From positions 1 through 46,440 of the forward strand of contig JAHIVK010000041.1 in assembly GCA_018816385.1 (NCBI GenBank): a stretch of 46,440 nucleotides of DNA, written 5' to 3'. The DNA comes from Patescibacteria group bacterium. Its GTDB lineage: Bacteria; Patescibacteriota; Microgenomatia; UBA1400; PJMF01. The notes under the pieces are model-generated. The model was not told where the DNA came from. It did no database searches and saw only the letters and a program-made list of their open reading frames with translations. Below are positions 9,592-18,458 of this stretch, piece by piece. The first letter of the stretch is position 1. Each line of letters opens with the position of its first letter. A program made the position numbers and the translations under genes.

Positions 9592-9644
9592 ATACTTTGG
9601 TTTTTGAAAAGTTAAATATTAGCACGGCTTGACAAACAATTCAC

Positions 9645-10712
9645 TTAAAGAGTAATTTTGGTGAGCTTGGGAAAAGTTTTGCTGATTCTTTCCCCAATCC
9701 CCTGGCTGGCTGTGGTAATCATCGATTGGCGGCCCTCCAGCAAAGACAGAGTAAAGGTTCGGCTGGGACTGTCTAGTTCGGACAAAATGTCATCCAAAAG
9801 GAGCATGGGCGTTTCCTTGAGCTCCTGCTCGATGTACGCCAGTTGGCAAGTTTTGAGCCACAAGACCGCCAGCCTCTGCTGACCTCTTGAACCATAGATC
9901 GCCACATCTTTGAATTGGTCTGTCTGACCTCGATTTATGTTCACAACATCGGCCGCTACCACGAAGTCATCCTTGTGAGGGCCAATTAAAGCGTGGCCGG
10001 CGGCAATGGCACGAGGTTGATACTCGTTTAACCGTTCATCAGAAATTAAAGATGGTAAATAAGTCGCAGAAAATCGAACTGGAAACTTAGTTTGCTGGGT
10101 GGCGCCCAGCCACTTTCGTCGGTAGTTTTGCAGAATCTCCCCATGCTTGATTAAACTCATGTTCCAGTATTGAAGCGTAGTTTGAGGCTGTTCCCCATCT
10201 CGAACCGCTTGCAGAAGTTTATTCAAGCGAACTAAAGTTCTTTCATAGGTAGTCAGCGACCTGGCATATTCAGGAGAAAAACTAGTTGAAACTTGATCTA
10301 AAAATGCCCGTCTTCTTCTGGGAGAACCCTCAACCAATCTCAAGTCTTCCGGCCTAAACACCACTACTTGAAACTGACCCACCACATCTTTACCTCTTTT
10401 CTTGACCGAGTTAATTCGATAATGCTTATACGGAGTGCGTTGACCTTGAAGTAAACCTCTAGTTAACAAGATTTCGATTTTATCTTCCAAAGTAGCAACT
10501 TTAATTCTAGCCAGTTCCTGCTCAAAAGTAATCATTTCATCAGCTTTGCCAGCTCGAAAACTTTGACCAGTGCTGGCTAAAAACAAAGCCTCAATGATAG
10601 AAGTTTTACCACTACCGTTACCGCCCACAATCAATGTCACCGCCTGATCTAATTTAAGTTTTAAATTAATATGAGACCGGAAATTTTCTAGATCCAACTG
10701 CTTGAGCAACAT
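9645..10712 (-). CDS. recF: DNA replication/repair protein RecF
   Basis: NFRS, Walker A GGNGSGKTS, GSP..RRAFLD, GPHKDD, GSRGQQR, LLLDDILSELD. Confidence 0.95.
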   Translation of the reverse strand: MLLKQLDLENFRSHINLKLKLDQAVTLIVGGNGSGKTSIIEALFLASTGQSFRAGKADEMITFEQELARIKVATLEDKIEILLTRGLLQGQRTPYKHYRINSVKKRGKDVVGQFQVVVFRPEDLRLVEGSPRRRRAFLDQVSTSFSPEYARSLTTYERTLVRLNKLLQAVRDGEQPQTTLQYWNMSLIKHGEILQNYRRKWLGATQQTKFPVRFSATYLPSLISDERLNEYQPRAIAAGHALIGPHKDDFVVAADVVNINRGQTDQFKDVAIYGSRGQQRLAVLWLKTCQLAYIEQELKETPMLLLDDILSELDSPSRTFTLSLLEGRQSMITTASQGIGERISKTFPKLTKITL

Positions 10713-10749
10713 CTTGAGTCGATTATATCAGGGCTAAGATGGAGTGAGA

Positions 10750-11061
10750 TTACTGCAAACCAACTACTAAATCTTTACCCATGGCTTGAGCCATGTGCAT
10801 GAGAGTTTCAAGAGTAGTATTGCGTCTGCCTGACTCAACCTTAACCACTGTGGCACGGGGTAAGTTGGCTTTTTCTGACAACTCTTTTTGAGTCAAACCA
10901 ATTTCCTGACGGAGATTTCTTAAAGAAACAACTAATTGATAGTATTTTTTCTCGTTTTCAACTGCTTGCCAATCTTCTTTAGTAGAATCGCCAGTTATAT
11001 TATCAATCGATACCACTTTTGGTCTGGTTTTATTAATTAAAGTTATTGGTTTTTTGTTCAT
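10750..11061 (-). CDS. XRE-family HTH antitoxin (HigA-like)
   Basis: LRQEIGLTQKELSEK...VVKVESGRRNTTLETL; GGAG RBS; downstream of a RelE-type toxin remnant. Confidence 0.88.
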   Translation of the reverse strand: MNKKPITLINKTRPKVVSIDNITGDSTKEDWQAVENEKKYYQLVVSLRNLRQEIGLTQKELSEKANLPRATVVKVESGRRNTTLETLMHMAQAMGKDLVVGLQ

Positions 11062-11070
11062 ACTTTCTCC

Positions 11071-11291
11071 TTATGCAAATTCACTTAATCTTTTCTGAGC
11101 TTTATTCCTTGATGCTTGATTCTGATTTCGTATATAGCTGGACGTATAGTAAGTTTCTTAGCAAAAGGTTCATATAACTGACCAGTTTCTGCCAAAATAT
11201 CAGTATAAGCTTTGATTTTTGCACGAACAGCTTTTGGAAATTTACCAATTTCCTTTTCTGCTCTTGAATCGAGTGTGACTTGTTTCTTCAC
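11071..11291 (-). pseudogene. RelE/HigB (Gp49-like) toxin with internal deletion and frameshift
   Basis: The N-terminal part ends ...EPFAKKL...IYEIRIKHQG; the typical C-terminus NKAQKRLSEFA* follows immediately in another frame, and the intervening segment is missing. Confidence 0.78.
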
Positions 11292-11301
11292 TCACCATAG
11301 T

Positions 11302-11326
11302 GTGACATATATGTTACTTTTGTCAA
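11302..11326 (-). promoter_or_regulatory. Toxin-antitoxin promoter with palindromic operator
   Basis: Minus-strand TTGACA followed by the near-perfect palindrome GTAACATA|TATGTCAC in the spacer. Confidence 0.65.
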
Positions 11327-11335
11327 GAATTAGAA

Positions 11336-11395
11336 TAGACTTGTAGTGAAATAAGATTCGTAAGTAGCCGTTGTGCTTATTTTGCTACAAGTCTA
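11336..11395. repeat. Family A mini element (60 bp)
   Basis: TAGACTTGTAGTGAAATAAG...CTTATTTTGCTACAAGTCTA, 18/20 inverted match. Confidence 0.9.
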
Positions 11396-11397
11396 AT

Positions 11398-13137
11398 TTA
11401 CTTGTGTTCAATATTAAATAGACCAGATTTCAAAGCAATTCTGCCCGGAGCTCGCAGATTGAAAGCTTTATGAAACTCTAAACCCTTGATAGTGACTTCT
11501 CCCCGATCGGTCTGGAATTTAACTTCTGATGTCACGCCATTAGTACTATAAGTCACAGATACATTATTCACTTGATTGTAACCACCACTCAAACCATTAG
11601 CTCTATCTTTGAGCTCATTGATCGAATAAGGATTGCCTCCCCAGCAACCACCGCTAGGAGTGACTCGATCATCACTTTGACCATTTTTAATAATCACCAC
11701 CCAAGCATTAATCACATCAGCCATTTCTTGACCAGTTAACCAAGGATGAGATCGACCACAACTATCACCTGACCGGCTTTTATACCAGCCTTTATAAAAC
11801 CAAGGACTTTCGGCAATTTTTTCATAAGCCCCAGAGGTCCAACCCTCTCGACCATTTTGGGTGTCCCAAAAACCAGGCGTGCTATAACCATTGCCAGAGT
11901 ATGATTCTTGATAACCACCAGATGTGCTGGCATACCAAGTCGAAAAAGGCTGACCATTGGCATAGACCACTTTGCCCCGAGTCTCGTTGACGGCTTTTTC
12001 CCAGTTACCCCCTTTGGGATTGGGTTTAAAAACCTGGCAACTTTCGGTGGCACAGATTGAACCACCTCGAGCTAAAGCATAACTGCGAGCCGCGATGGCT
12101 TGGGCCTTGAGAGCTTCCATGCCTCCTTCATCTCCCCAACTGCTAGGAACTTCGTAAATTCTTTTAGCGTACTCTTCCAGTGAGTAAGTGCCATAACCCT
12201 GAACATTAATTTGGGCATCTGGGTTGTGATCTTTAATCTCAATCCCGCCACCATAATAGGCTCGTAAAATTTCCTCATAACTTTGACCACTCTTGGCTCG
12301 ACCCAAAGCTCCGTACTGACTCATGCCTTTAAAGTGAGGCGCTCCAAATGAAAAGGCGGCAAAAGCTGGACTAAATCCTGGATTGTAATCAGGCCGGCTA
12401 GCCGGGTCATCGGCCAAAGGCACATCACCGACCGTGGTTTGAAAAGTGCCAGATTTCTGAGATAGAATTTCTTGCTGTCTGGCGGAAAGCTCGGCAATCT
12501 GACTGGATAATTTCTGCTGATAATCCTTAGCTTTAGCAATCTCATCTTTAAAGAACTCAACCTGACTATCCAGTTGTTTTTCTAACTTGGCCAAGATAAC
12601 CTGGCGATCTTCATAAGCCTGTTTATCTCGCTCCAAGCCCACAATATCCTCACCAATGGTCTGGACTAACTGCCGATCTTGAGCTTTGATGGAACTGCGA
12701 TAAGCTAAATCTTTGGTCAACTGACCAGCCGTATCACTAGCCATGACAGATAAAAGTGGACTAGCCGATCGCCCTCGTTTGTACTGCTCTCCTACCCTGC
12801 GAGCAAATAGTTGATAGGAAACGGCTAAATCCAGCTCTCTCTGCTTAATGTTCTGGGCAGTTAAAATAGCCTGCTGTTTGGCTTGGGCAATACCGGCTCG
12901 GGCCGAGGCAATGCGGACCGTGAGACCGGCCACTTCTTTTTCCAAAGGTGTAGTGGCATCAGCCGATAGTTTGCGCAGTTTTTCCAGTTCGTTGATTTGT
13001 TGTTGCAGATCTGTGACTGGATCAATGGCCCGGGTTATAAACACTTGCCAATTCGGTCTCACCCCACTCAAGCCAGCCAACAAAGCCAGCAGGACCAGCC
13101 AAACACCCAGTTTTGTGGTTAGATTTATCTTGGGCAT
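11398..13137 (-). CDS. SpoIID/LytB-family peptidoglycan lytic enzyme with N-terminal membrane anchor and coiled coil
   Basis: EALKAQAIAARSYA, ICATESCQVF, AVNETRG, YASTSGG and HFKGMSQYGA motifs. Confidence 0.88.
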   Translation of the reverse strand: MPKINLTTKLGVWLVLLALLAGLSGVRPNWQVFITRAIDPVTDLQQQINELEKLRKLSADATTPLEKEVAGLTVRIASARAGIAQAKQQAILTAQNIKQRELDLAVSYQLFARRVGEQYKRGRSASPLLSVMASDTAGQLTKDLAYRSSIKAQDRQLVQTIGEDIVGLERDKQAYEDRQVILAKLEKQLDSQVEFFKDEIAKAKDYQQKLSSQIAELSARQQEILSQKSGTFQTTVGDVPLADDPASRPDYNPGFSPAFAAFSFGAPHFKGMSQYGALGRAKSGQSYEEILRAYYGGGIEIKDHNPDAQINVQGYGTYSLEEYAKRIYEVPSSWGDEGGMEALKAQAIAARSYALARGGSICATESCQVFKPNPKGGNWEKAVNETRGKVVYANGQPFSTWYASTSGGYQESYSGNGYSTPGFWDTQNGREGWTSGAYEKIAESPWFYKGWYKSRSGDSCGRSHPWLTGQEMADVINAWVVIIKNGQSDDRVTPSGGCWGGNPYSINELKDRANGLSGGYNQVNNVSVTYSTNGVTSEVKFQTDRGEVTIKGLEFHKAFNLRAPGRIALKSGLFNIEHK

Positions 13138-13159
13138 GGTAGTAACCTCAATTCCAAAA

Positions 13160-13289
13160 TAGATCTTGAGGAAATTGTATTATATTAAGACAATTTTAAC
13201 ATTTTCTGAAGACGATAGTAGCCGGAGCTACTTAAGGATGAAATAAAGTGGTAAAATTGCTCACATAGAATGAAATTAACCAAGATCTA
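13160..13289. repeat. Divergent family A element (130 bp)
   Basis: Ends TAGATCTTG...CAAGATCTA; core GAAGACGATAGTAGCCGGAGCTACTTAAGGATGA. Confidence 0.8.
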
Positions 13290-13390
13290 TTTTGGAATTG
13301 AGGTTAAAATAATAGCCTAATATAGCTATATATTGATCTTGGGTTTGTTATAACTATAGCAACTTGATAAATAATTAGGCGAAAAATAGT

Positions 13391-14623
13391 ATGAAGTTAT
13401 TTTCACAAATATTAAGCGGATTACTTATATCAATGGTGGTTTTTACTGGAACTGGTCAATTTAATTTGGCAAAAGCTACAGGCAAGTGTGATGTAGAAGA
13501 ATTTATTGGTGAAACAAGTTTACCAAATGAAGTTCTGCTTGGAACTGAGATATCGATGAATTTTAAAGTTACTTTAAAAAATAACGTCCTGGCGAATAAC
13601 GCCCAATACACTGTTAAAATTGAAAAAGGTTCCGGTAATTTCGACCCGGTTGGTACTGCTGTAGCATCGGGTGGTTCAATAACGTTTACTGGAGAATATA
13701 AGTTTACAGATGAGAAAGAAAAGTTTTATTTAATCATTTCTGGACCGGGTTTGGAAAATTTTTTGTCTTTGACTAATGGATGCTCAATTCACGAGTTTCG
13801 CCAAGTAAGTGGGCTTAAAAATCTTAGTTACAAAAATATATATATCAAACAAACAAGAGATGGTAAAACCTGTTACGGAGGATTTGGAACTGCTAGCAAC
13901 AGTTGCCTGGAAACTGGTAGTCCTTTTGAAGTAATTATTCAAGGTTTATTATATGGACGATCAATTTGGGCGAACCAAAAGGTCTGGGTCGGATTAGATA
14001 CAGGGCTAGGTACGTCTTCGCTATTAACAACTGATAGCAGTGGTAATCTTGATCCAATATCATATCATTCAAATAAAGTTGGATCTCATACTTTATATGT
14101 TGAATACCCCAGTGGTGCATTTCAAACAGGATTAGGAACCAGCAACTTTTTTTATAAAAAACAATTTTATTTAAGCTCTAATTGTAATCCAGATCAGTGC
14201 GATCAAACAGAACCTACCTACACTGGTTCGGACAATATAGCTAGCGTGCCATATAAAATTTGTGACCAAATTGATCAAAACAAATTCAAAGAATTATATG
14301 ATAATTGTATCACTTGTGTTGGTGATGACGAGGAAGGTCGAGAAGGTGTCTGGACCGCGATTGGTTGTATTAAAAAAGACCCCATCCAAATAGTTCAAAA
14401 TCTAATTAGAATTGGTTTGGGTATGGGGGGAGGTGTGGCCCTACTGATGATTCTGGCCTCTGGATTTATTTTTTCCATTTCTCAAGGTGACCCCAAAAAA
14501 GTCGGCGATGCTAAAGAAATGGTCGTCGCGGCCGTGACAGGCTTGTTGTTTGTGATTTTTTCTGTCACCATTCTGGAGTTTATTGGTTACTCGGTCTTTC
14601 GCATACCAGGGTTTGGAGGGTAA
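13391..14623 (+). CDS. Pilin-array gene 1: large exported N-terminal region fused to a C-terminal VirB2/TrbC-like pilin domain
   Basis: Signal peptide; TAIGCI motif, then two TM helices joined by SQGDPKKVGDAKE. Confidence 0.75.
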   Translation: MKLFSQILSGLLISMVVFTGTGQFNLAKATGKCDVEEFIGETSLPNEVLLGTEISMNFKVTLKNNVLANNAQYTVKIEKGSGNFDPVGTAVASGGSITFTGEYKFTDEKEKFYLIISGPGLENFLSLTNGCSIHEFRQVSGLKNLSYKNIYIKQTRDGKTCYGGFGTASNSCLETGSPFEVIIQGLLYGRSIWANQKVWVGLDTGLGTSSLLTTDSSGNLDPISYHSNKVGSHTLYVEYPSGAFQTGLGTSNFFYKKQFYLSSNCNPDQCDQTEPTYTGSDNIASVPYKICDQIDQNKFKELYDNCITCVGDDEEGREGVWTAIGCIKKDPIQIVQNLIRIGLGMGGGVALLMILASGFIFSISQGDPKKVGDAKEMVVAAVTGLLFVIFSVTILEFIGYSVFRIPGFGG

Positions 14624-14635
14624 AAAAATAACAAA

Positions 14636-15670
14636 ATGAAAAAATTAATCAAGATATTCAAGCAGTTAACAATAGGTGGAATGTTCGCACTTGCGCTTTG
14701 TTTGGGATTTGTAACTCAAGTTAAGGCAGTAGATTGCGCCAAAATATACGACAGATGGAACACTCTATTTTTTTGTGATCTCAATAACAACCAAGCATCA
14801 GATCAAGGAGAAAAGCCCTATACCATCTGTGCTACAAATCAGATTGGTCAACCGTGTTGTGCCGGAACTAGTGATTTAGCAGTATCAGCTTGTGCGCAGA
14901 TAATTTCTCCACCACTTTGCGGAGTCACCCGTTATTCAAGTGTCATAATAGGACACTACTGTGATACAAACCTAAATTCTAAACTCGATGTCTTTGACAA
15001 CACAAGAAATGAGGGTATATTTACCGACTGTGTTGGATCACCCTCTCGTCGAGAGAGTCACCCATGTTGCATTGGTCCTGATGCCATAGCAAAATGTACT
15101 CAGGCTCTATCTCCCACTGCGATTCCCGCTACGATTCCTACTCCCATAACCTTGGCTTGCGGTAATACATTTCCACAAGCTCAAATAGCATCAACTACTT
15201 GTACTTGCCCCCATCCAATTAAAGCAATGGAAGAAAATGATTTATATTGTTGCGGATGGATTGATCCCAGTGATAAAACAAAGTGCCTAAAAACTAACCC
15301 TGGCGGAATTGAGCATCCTTTTGATGCGCCTTCTAGCGAAACTTTTGATTCTCTGAATCCCTTGTGGATTGGCGGAGGAGATTCAATCCAAGATGCAACT
15401 GGCGCCACGTCTCCATACGCCAGCGACCTTTCCACCCCAGGGGGCATCATTTCTCGCTTACTTGACTTTATCTTCCCCATCGCCGGCTTAATCTTATTTG
15501 TCATGCTGGTTTGGGGTGGCTTTGAAATGTTGATTGGAGCTCCCACCAAGAAATCAATTGAAGCTGGCAAAAATCGCATCACTGCCGCCATCATTGGCTT
15601 CCTATTGCTGTTTGCCTCATACTGGTTAATGCAAATTGTGGAAGTAGTATTTGGTATAGTGGTTTTATAA
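14636..15670 (+). CDS. Pilin-array gene 2: Cys-rich N-terminal repeats plus VirB2-like pilin domain
   Basis: Signal peptide, many Cys; C-terminal IAGLILFVMLVWGGFEM...IEAGKNRITAAIIG. Confidence 0.75.
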   Translation: MKKLIKIFKQLTIGGMFALALCLGFVTQVKAVDCAKIYDRWNTLFFCDLNNNQASDQGEKPYTICATNQIGQPCCAGTSDLAVSACAQIISPPLCGVTRYSSVIIGHYCDTNLNSKLDVFDNTRNEGIFTDCVGSPSRRESHPCCIGPDAIAKCTQALSPTAIPATIPTPITLACGNTFPQAQIASTTCTCPHPIKAMEENDLYCCGWIDPSDKTKCLKTNPGGIEHPFDAPSSETFDSLNPLWIGGGDSIQDATGATSPYASDLSTPGGIISRLLDFIFPIAGLILFVMLVWGGFEMLIGAPTKKSIEAGKNRITAAIIGFLLLFASYWLMQIVEVVFGIVVL

Positions 15671-15694
15671 TAGACTTACTGCGAAAATAGACTT
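15671..15694 (+). repeat. Two head-to-tail family A end fragments forming the whole intergenic spacer
   Basis: TAGACTTACTGCGAAAA-TAGACTT, then ATG 15695. Confidence 0.8.
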
Positions 15695-16060
15695 ATGTTT
15701 AACCTCATTTCTCAAGCGCAAGCCCAAGTTGCCAGTCAAGGTGGTTGTAATCCTGGCGAAGGTGGTCTTAATCTAGGAGACTGTCTCCAGTTGAGTGATA
15801 GCACTCACGTCAGTAGCAAATACAGTTCTTTAAGCTTTCTGGTAAATTTAGTGGTGCGTAATGTTTTTGTCATTGCTGGTATTGGATTGTTTATCATGTT
15901 TTTTGTAGCCGGTTTCCAGTTTATTGCTAAAGGCAAACAAGGCATTGAAGATGCCAAGCAAACAGCCACGGCGGCTGTCTTGGGTTTTGTGATTATGTTT
16001 TGCGCCTACTGGATAGTGCAGCTTGTGAAATATATCACTGACACCAATATTTTGCTTTAA
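15695..16060 (+). CDS. Pilin-array gene 3, VirB2/TrbC-like
   Basis: Two TM helices around AGFQFIAKGKQGIEDAKQT. Confidence 0.75.
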   Translation: MFNLISQAQAQVASQGGCNPGEGGLNLGDCLQLSDSTHVSSKYSSLSFLVNLVVRNVFVIAGIGLFIMFFVAGFQFIAKGKQGIEDAKQTATAAVLGFVIMFCAYWIVQLVKYITDTNILL

Positions 16061-16067
16061 AAAAATT

Positions 16068-16448
16068 ATGCTAACTCCATCCACCCTCCTCGCTCAAGCT
16101 CCTCAACTGGAAGACGTGGTGGGCATGATTGACACTCCACCCGGCATCGACAAGCAAATTACTGCCGCCGGTATAGGACCCGGAGATAACGCATTGTTAT
16201 TTTTTATTTCTAATCTCTTACGAATTGCCACTATTCTGGTCGGAGTCTGGGTATTGTTTAATGTCCTGCTGGCGGGCTACGATTTTATTTCTTCACAAGG
16301 TAAATCAGACGCATATCAAAAAGTGCGTGATAAATTGACAATGAGTGTGATTGGCTTACTGTTGATCACAGTGGCTTACACCATTGGTGGCTTGATCGGA
16401 TTAATTTTGTTTGGGGATGCCGGCTATCTACTTAATCCGCAGTTTTAG
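16068..16448 (+). CDS. Pilin-array gene 4, VirB2/TrbC-like
   Basis: AGYDFISSQGKSDAYQKVRDKLTMSVIG between TM helices. Confidence 0.78.
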   Translation: MLTPSTLLAQAPQLEDVVGMIDTPPGIDKQITAAGIGPGDNALLFFISNLLRIATILVGVWVLFNVLLAGYDFISSQGKSDAYQKVRDKLTMSVIGLLLITVAYTIGGLIGLILFGDAGYLLNPQF

Positions 16449-16453
16449 ATAAA

Positions 16454-16482
16454 TAGACTTATAGCGAAATAAGAAACGAAAT
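16454..16482 (+). repeat. Family A isolated end upstream of pilin gene 5
   Basis: TAGACTTATAGCGAAATAAGAAACGAAAT. Confidence 0.85.
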
Positions 16483-16501
16483 CAGAAAGCTCGAGCAAGC
16501 A

Positions 16502-17164
16502 ATGAAACAACATCGTCATAAATTTAACTTTCATTATCATCTTTGCAAGTTCATCATGGGCGTGGGAGTTGGAAGCTTATTTCTGATTGTTGGTTTAACT
16601 GGATTGGGAACGTTCAATATCTCTTTTGTTTCTGATGTACGGGCAGTGGCCTGTACTCCGCCTCAATGCGGGACAGATGGTTGTTATGATAAGTGCGGAG
16701 GTGGCTGTACTTATCAGGGTCAATGCATTAGTAATCGCTTGTGTCAAGTTTCCACCGTTGGGAAAGAAAGGTGGTTGGTGCTTTCAGTAGCAGGATGTGG
16801 TTCAACCGTGGTGGGCAAAATCAAGATGCCCGATGGGGTAGCGGACTATAACGCTCAAGCCGCCCTAGGCGGAGGTAGAATCGGCGTTATCCTGTTTGCC
16901 TCTCGCCTGCTTAACATCTTAACCATTATTGCCGGCCTGTGGGTGATGGCCAACTTTATGATAGGTGGTTTTGAGTTTGTGGTGGGTGCTGGCAACGCCG
17001 AAACCATGGGCAAAGTTAAAGAAAAAATTATGTTTAGCTTAGTGGGCATTATTTTGATCGTGGCCGCCTACAGCGTGGCCGGCGTCATTGGCCTCATCTT
17101 CTTTGGCGATGCCGGCTTTATCTTGAAACCCGACATCAGTCAATATGGAGCCTTGGCGCCTTAA
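16502..17164 (+). CDS. Pilin-array gene 5: Cys-rich N-terminal module plus a pilin domain paralogous to gene 4
   Basis: CTPPQCGTDGCYDKCGGGC...; the C-terminal GLIFFGDAGFILKP matches gene 4 GLILFGDAGYLLNP. Confidence 0.75.
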   Translation: MKQHRHKFNFHYHLCKFIMGVGVGSLFLIVGLTGLGTFNISFVSDVRAVACTPPQCGTDGCYDKCGGGCTYQGQCISNRLCQVSTVGKERWLVLSVAGCGSTVVGKIKMPDGVADYNAQAALGGGRIGVILFASRLLNILTIIAGLWVMANFMIGGFEFVVGAGNAETMGKVKEKIMFSLVGIILIVAAYSVAGVIGLIFFGDAGFILKPDISQYGALAP

Positions 17165-17211
17165 AAAATAGGTATCAATGTGAGGTATATTAAACTTAAA
17201 TCAACGCTTCC

Positions 17212-17231
17212 CTTATTTTGCCACAGGTCTA
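17212..17231 (-). repeat. Family A isolated end, inverted, downstream of pilin gene 5
   Basis: Minus strand TAGACCTGTGGCAAAATAAG. Confidence 0.75.
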
Positions 17232-17295
17232 ATGCAAATTTGAACGGCGCAAGTTCTATAAAACTTAGGTATAATTAAATAGAGTGGTGATAAAA

Positions 17296-17331
17296 TAGAC
17301 TTGTCGCGAAATAAGAAACGAGTTAATTATG
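17296..17331 (+). repeat. Family A end supplying the start codon of pilin gene 6
   Basis: TAGACTTGTCGCGAAATAAGAAACGAGTTAATT-ATG, 35/36 identical to the terminal copies. Confidence 0.92.
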
Positions 17332-17709
17332 CCTCAGACAACCCTCCAGCTAGCTCAATTTGGCGATCAAGGTCTCATGCCACCAGTGGTTAACGATTAC
17401 ACCAGGGGTGTAGCTGAAGGTGAAACAGCTTTTTCCAGTTTGGAGTTAATTATTTCCAACGTGATTGGCCTGCTCACCACCATTGGTGCCATCATGTTCA
17501 TCCTCTACTTTATCTTGGGAGCCATTAGTTGGATCGGCTCTGGTGGCGATAAGGGCAAGCTAGAGTCTGCCCGCAATCAGATGATGCATGGAGCGCTGGG
17601 CTTGATCATTATTGTGAGCGCTTATGCCATCATTGGCTTGATTGGCCGAGTGGTAGGATTGGATATCTTGAGTCTGGCCGATCAGCTAAAAAAGTTAACA
17701 CCTAACTGA
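17329..17709 (+). CDS. Pilin-array gene 6, VirB2/TrbC-like
   Basis: GAISWIGSGGDKGKLESARNQMMHGALG. Confidence 0.82.
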   Translation: MPQTTLQLAQFGDQGLMPPVVNDYTRGVAEGETAFSSLELIISNVIGLLTTIGAIMFILYFILGAISWIGSGGDKGKLESARNQMMHGALGLIIIVSAYAIIGLIGRVVGLDILSLADQLKKLTPN

Positions 17710-17739
17710 ATTGGATCTTATAAATAAACAAGGCAAATA

Positions 17740-17807
17740 TAGATTGGTGGCAAAATAAAAAAATAGCCGATTAGATCTGTCGAAAAATAAGAAACGAGTT
17801 CATGATG
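17740..17807 (+). repeat. Two head-to-tail family A ends upstream of pilin gene 7
   Basis: TAGATTGGTGGCAAAATAAAA (17740) and TAGATCTGTCGAAAAATAAGAAACGAGTTCATG-ATG (17772-17807, with ATG at element positions 34-36). Confidence 0.82.
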
Positions 17808-18353
17808 AATAAATTTAAGAGCGCTTTAGTTAATTTTGATCACAATAGCCAAAGATTTTCTTTTTCAATTAGTCAAGTTAGTACGAAGGTGCCATTTCTT
17901 AAATTGTTACTCACGATCGTGGTTGGATCTGCTTTTTTACTCAACACTGCCTTTTCCAATCCTGTTCGGGCCGATATTATCAATCCGGCCGTTGGCACCT
18001 TGGGTGGCTGTCAGCCTGGTGACGGTGAGTGTGTGGAAAATCCAGTGGCCATTGACCAAGTTAAGTCCGGCGCCACTTTTCTGTTGCAGTTTGTTAAACT
18101 CTGGCGCAACACCATCAACCTGGGCGCCATCATGGTCCTGCTTTACTTTATTTGGGGAGCGGTGGAGTGGATTAGCTCTGGAGGTGACAAAAATAAGCTG
18201 GAGAGTGCTCGCAACAAGATGTTGCATGCAGTCTTGGGGCTGATTATCCTGGTGAGCTCGTTTGTGATCATTGGTTTTATTAGCGGTGGTCTGTTTGCCA
18301 AAAATTTTGATATATTAAATCTGCAGTTTTTTACCCCGGGAGAGGGCTCATAG
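17802..18353 (+). CDS. Pilin-array gene 7, VirB2/TrbC-like
   Basis: GAVEWISSGGDKNKLESARNKMLHAVLG; start at 17802 or 17805. Confidence 0.82.
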   Translation: MMNKFKSALVNFDHNSQRFSFSISQVSTKVPFLKLLLTIVVGSAFLLNTAFSNPVRADIINPAVGTLGGCQPGDGECVENPVAIDQVKSGATFLLQFVKLWRNTINLGAIMVLLYFIWGAVEWISSGGDKNKLESARNKMLHAVLGLIILVSSFVIIGFISGGLFAKNFDILNLQFFTPGEGS

Positions 18354-18421
18354 AATTTGGCAGTGAAAAACAAAATATCAGACATAAAATCAAATCAGAT
18401 AAACTGATAGCTAGTTATAAA

Positions 18422-18458
18422 GAGACCTGTAGCGAAATTAAGAAACGAGTTAATTATG
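18422..18458 (+). repeat. Family A end supplying the start codon of pilin gene 8
   Basis: GAGACCTGTAGCGAAATTAAGAAACGAGTTAATT-ATG. Confidence 0.87.
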
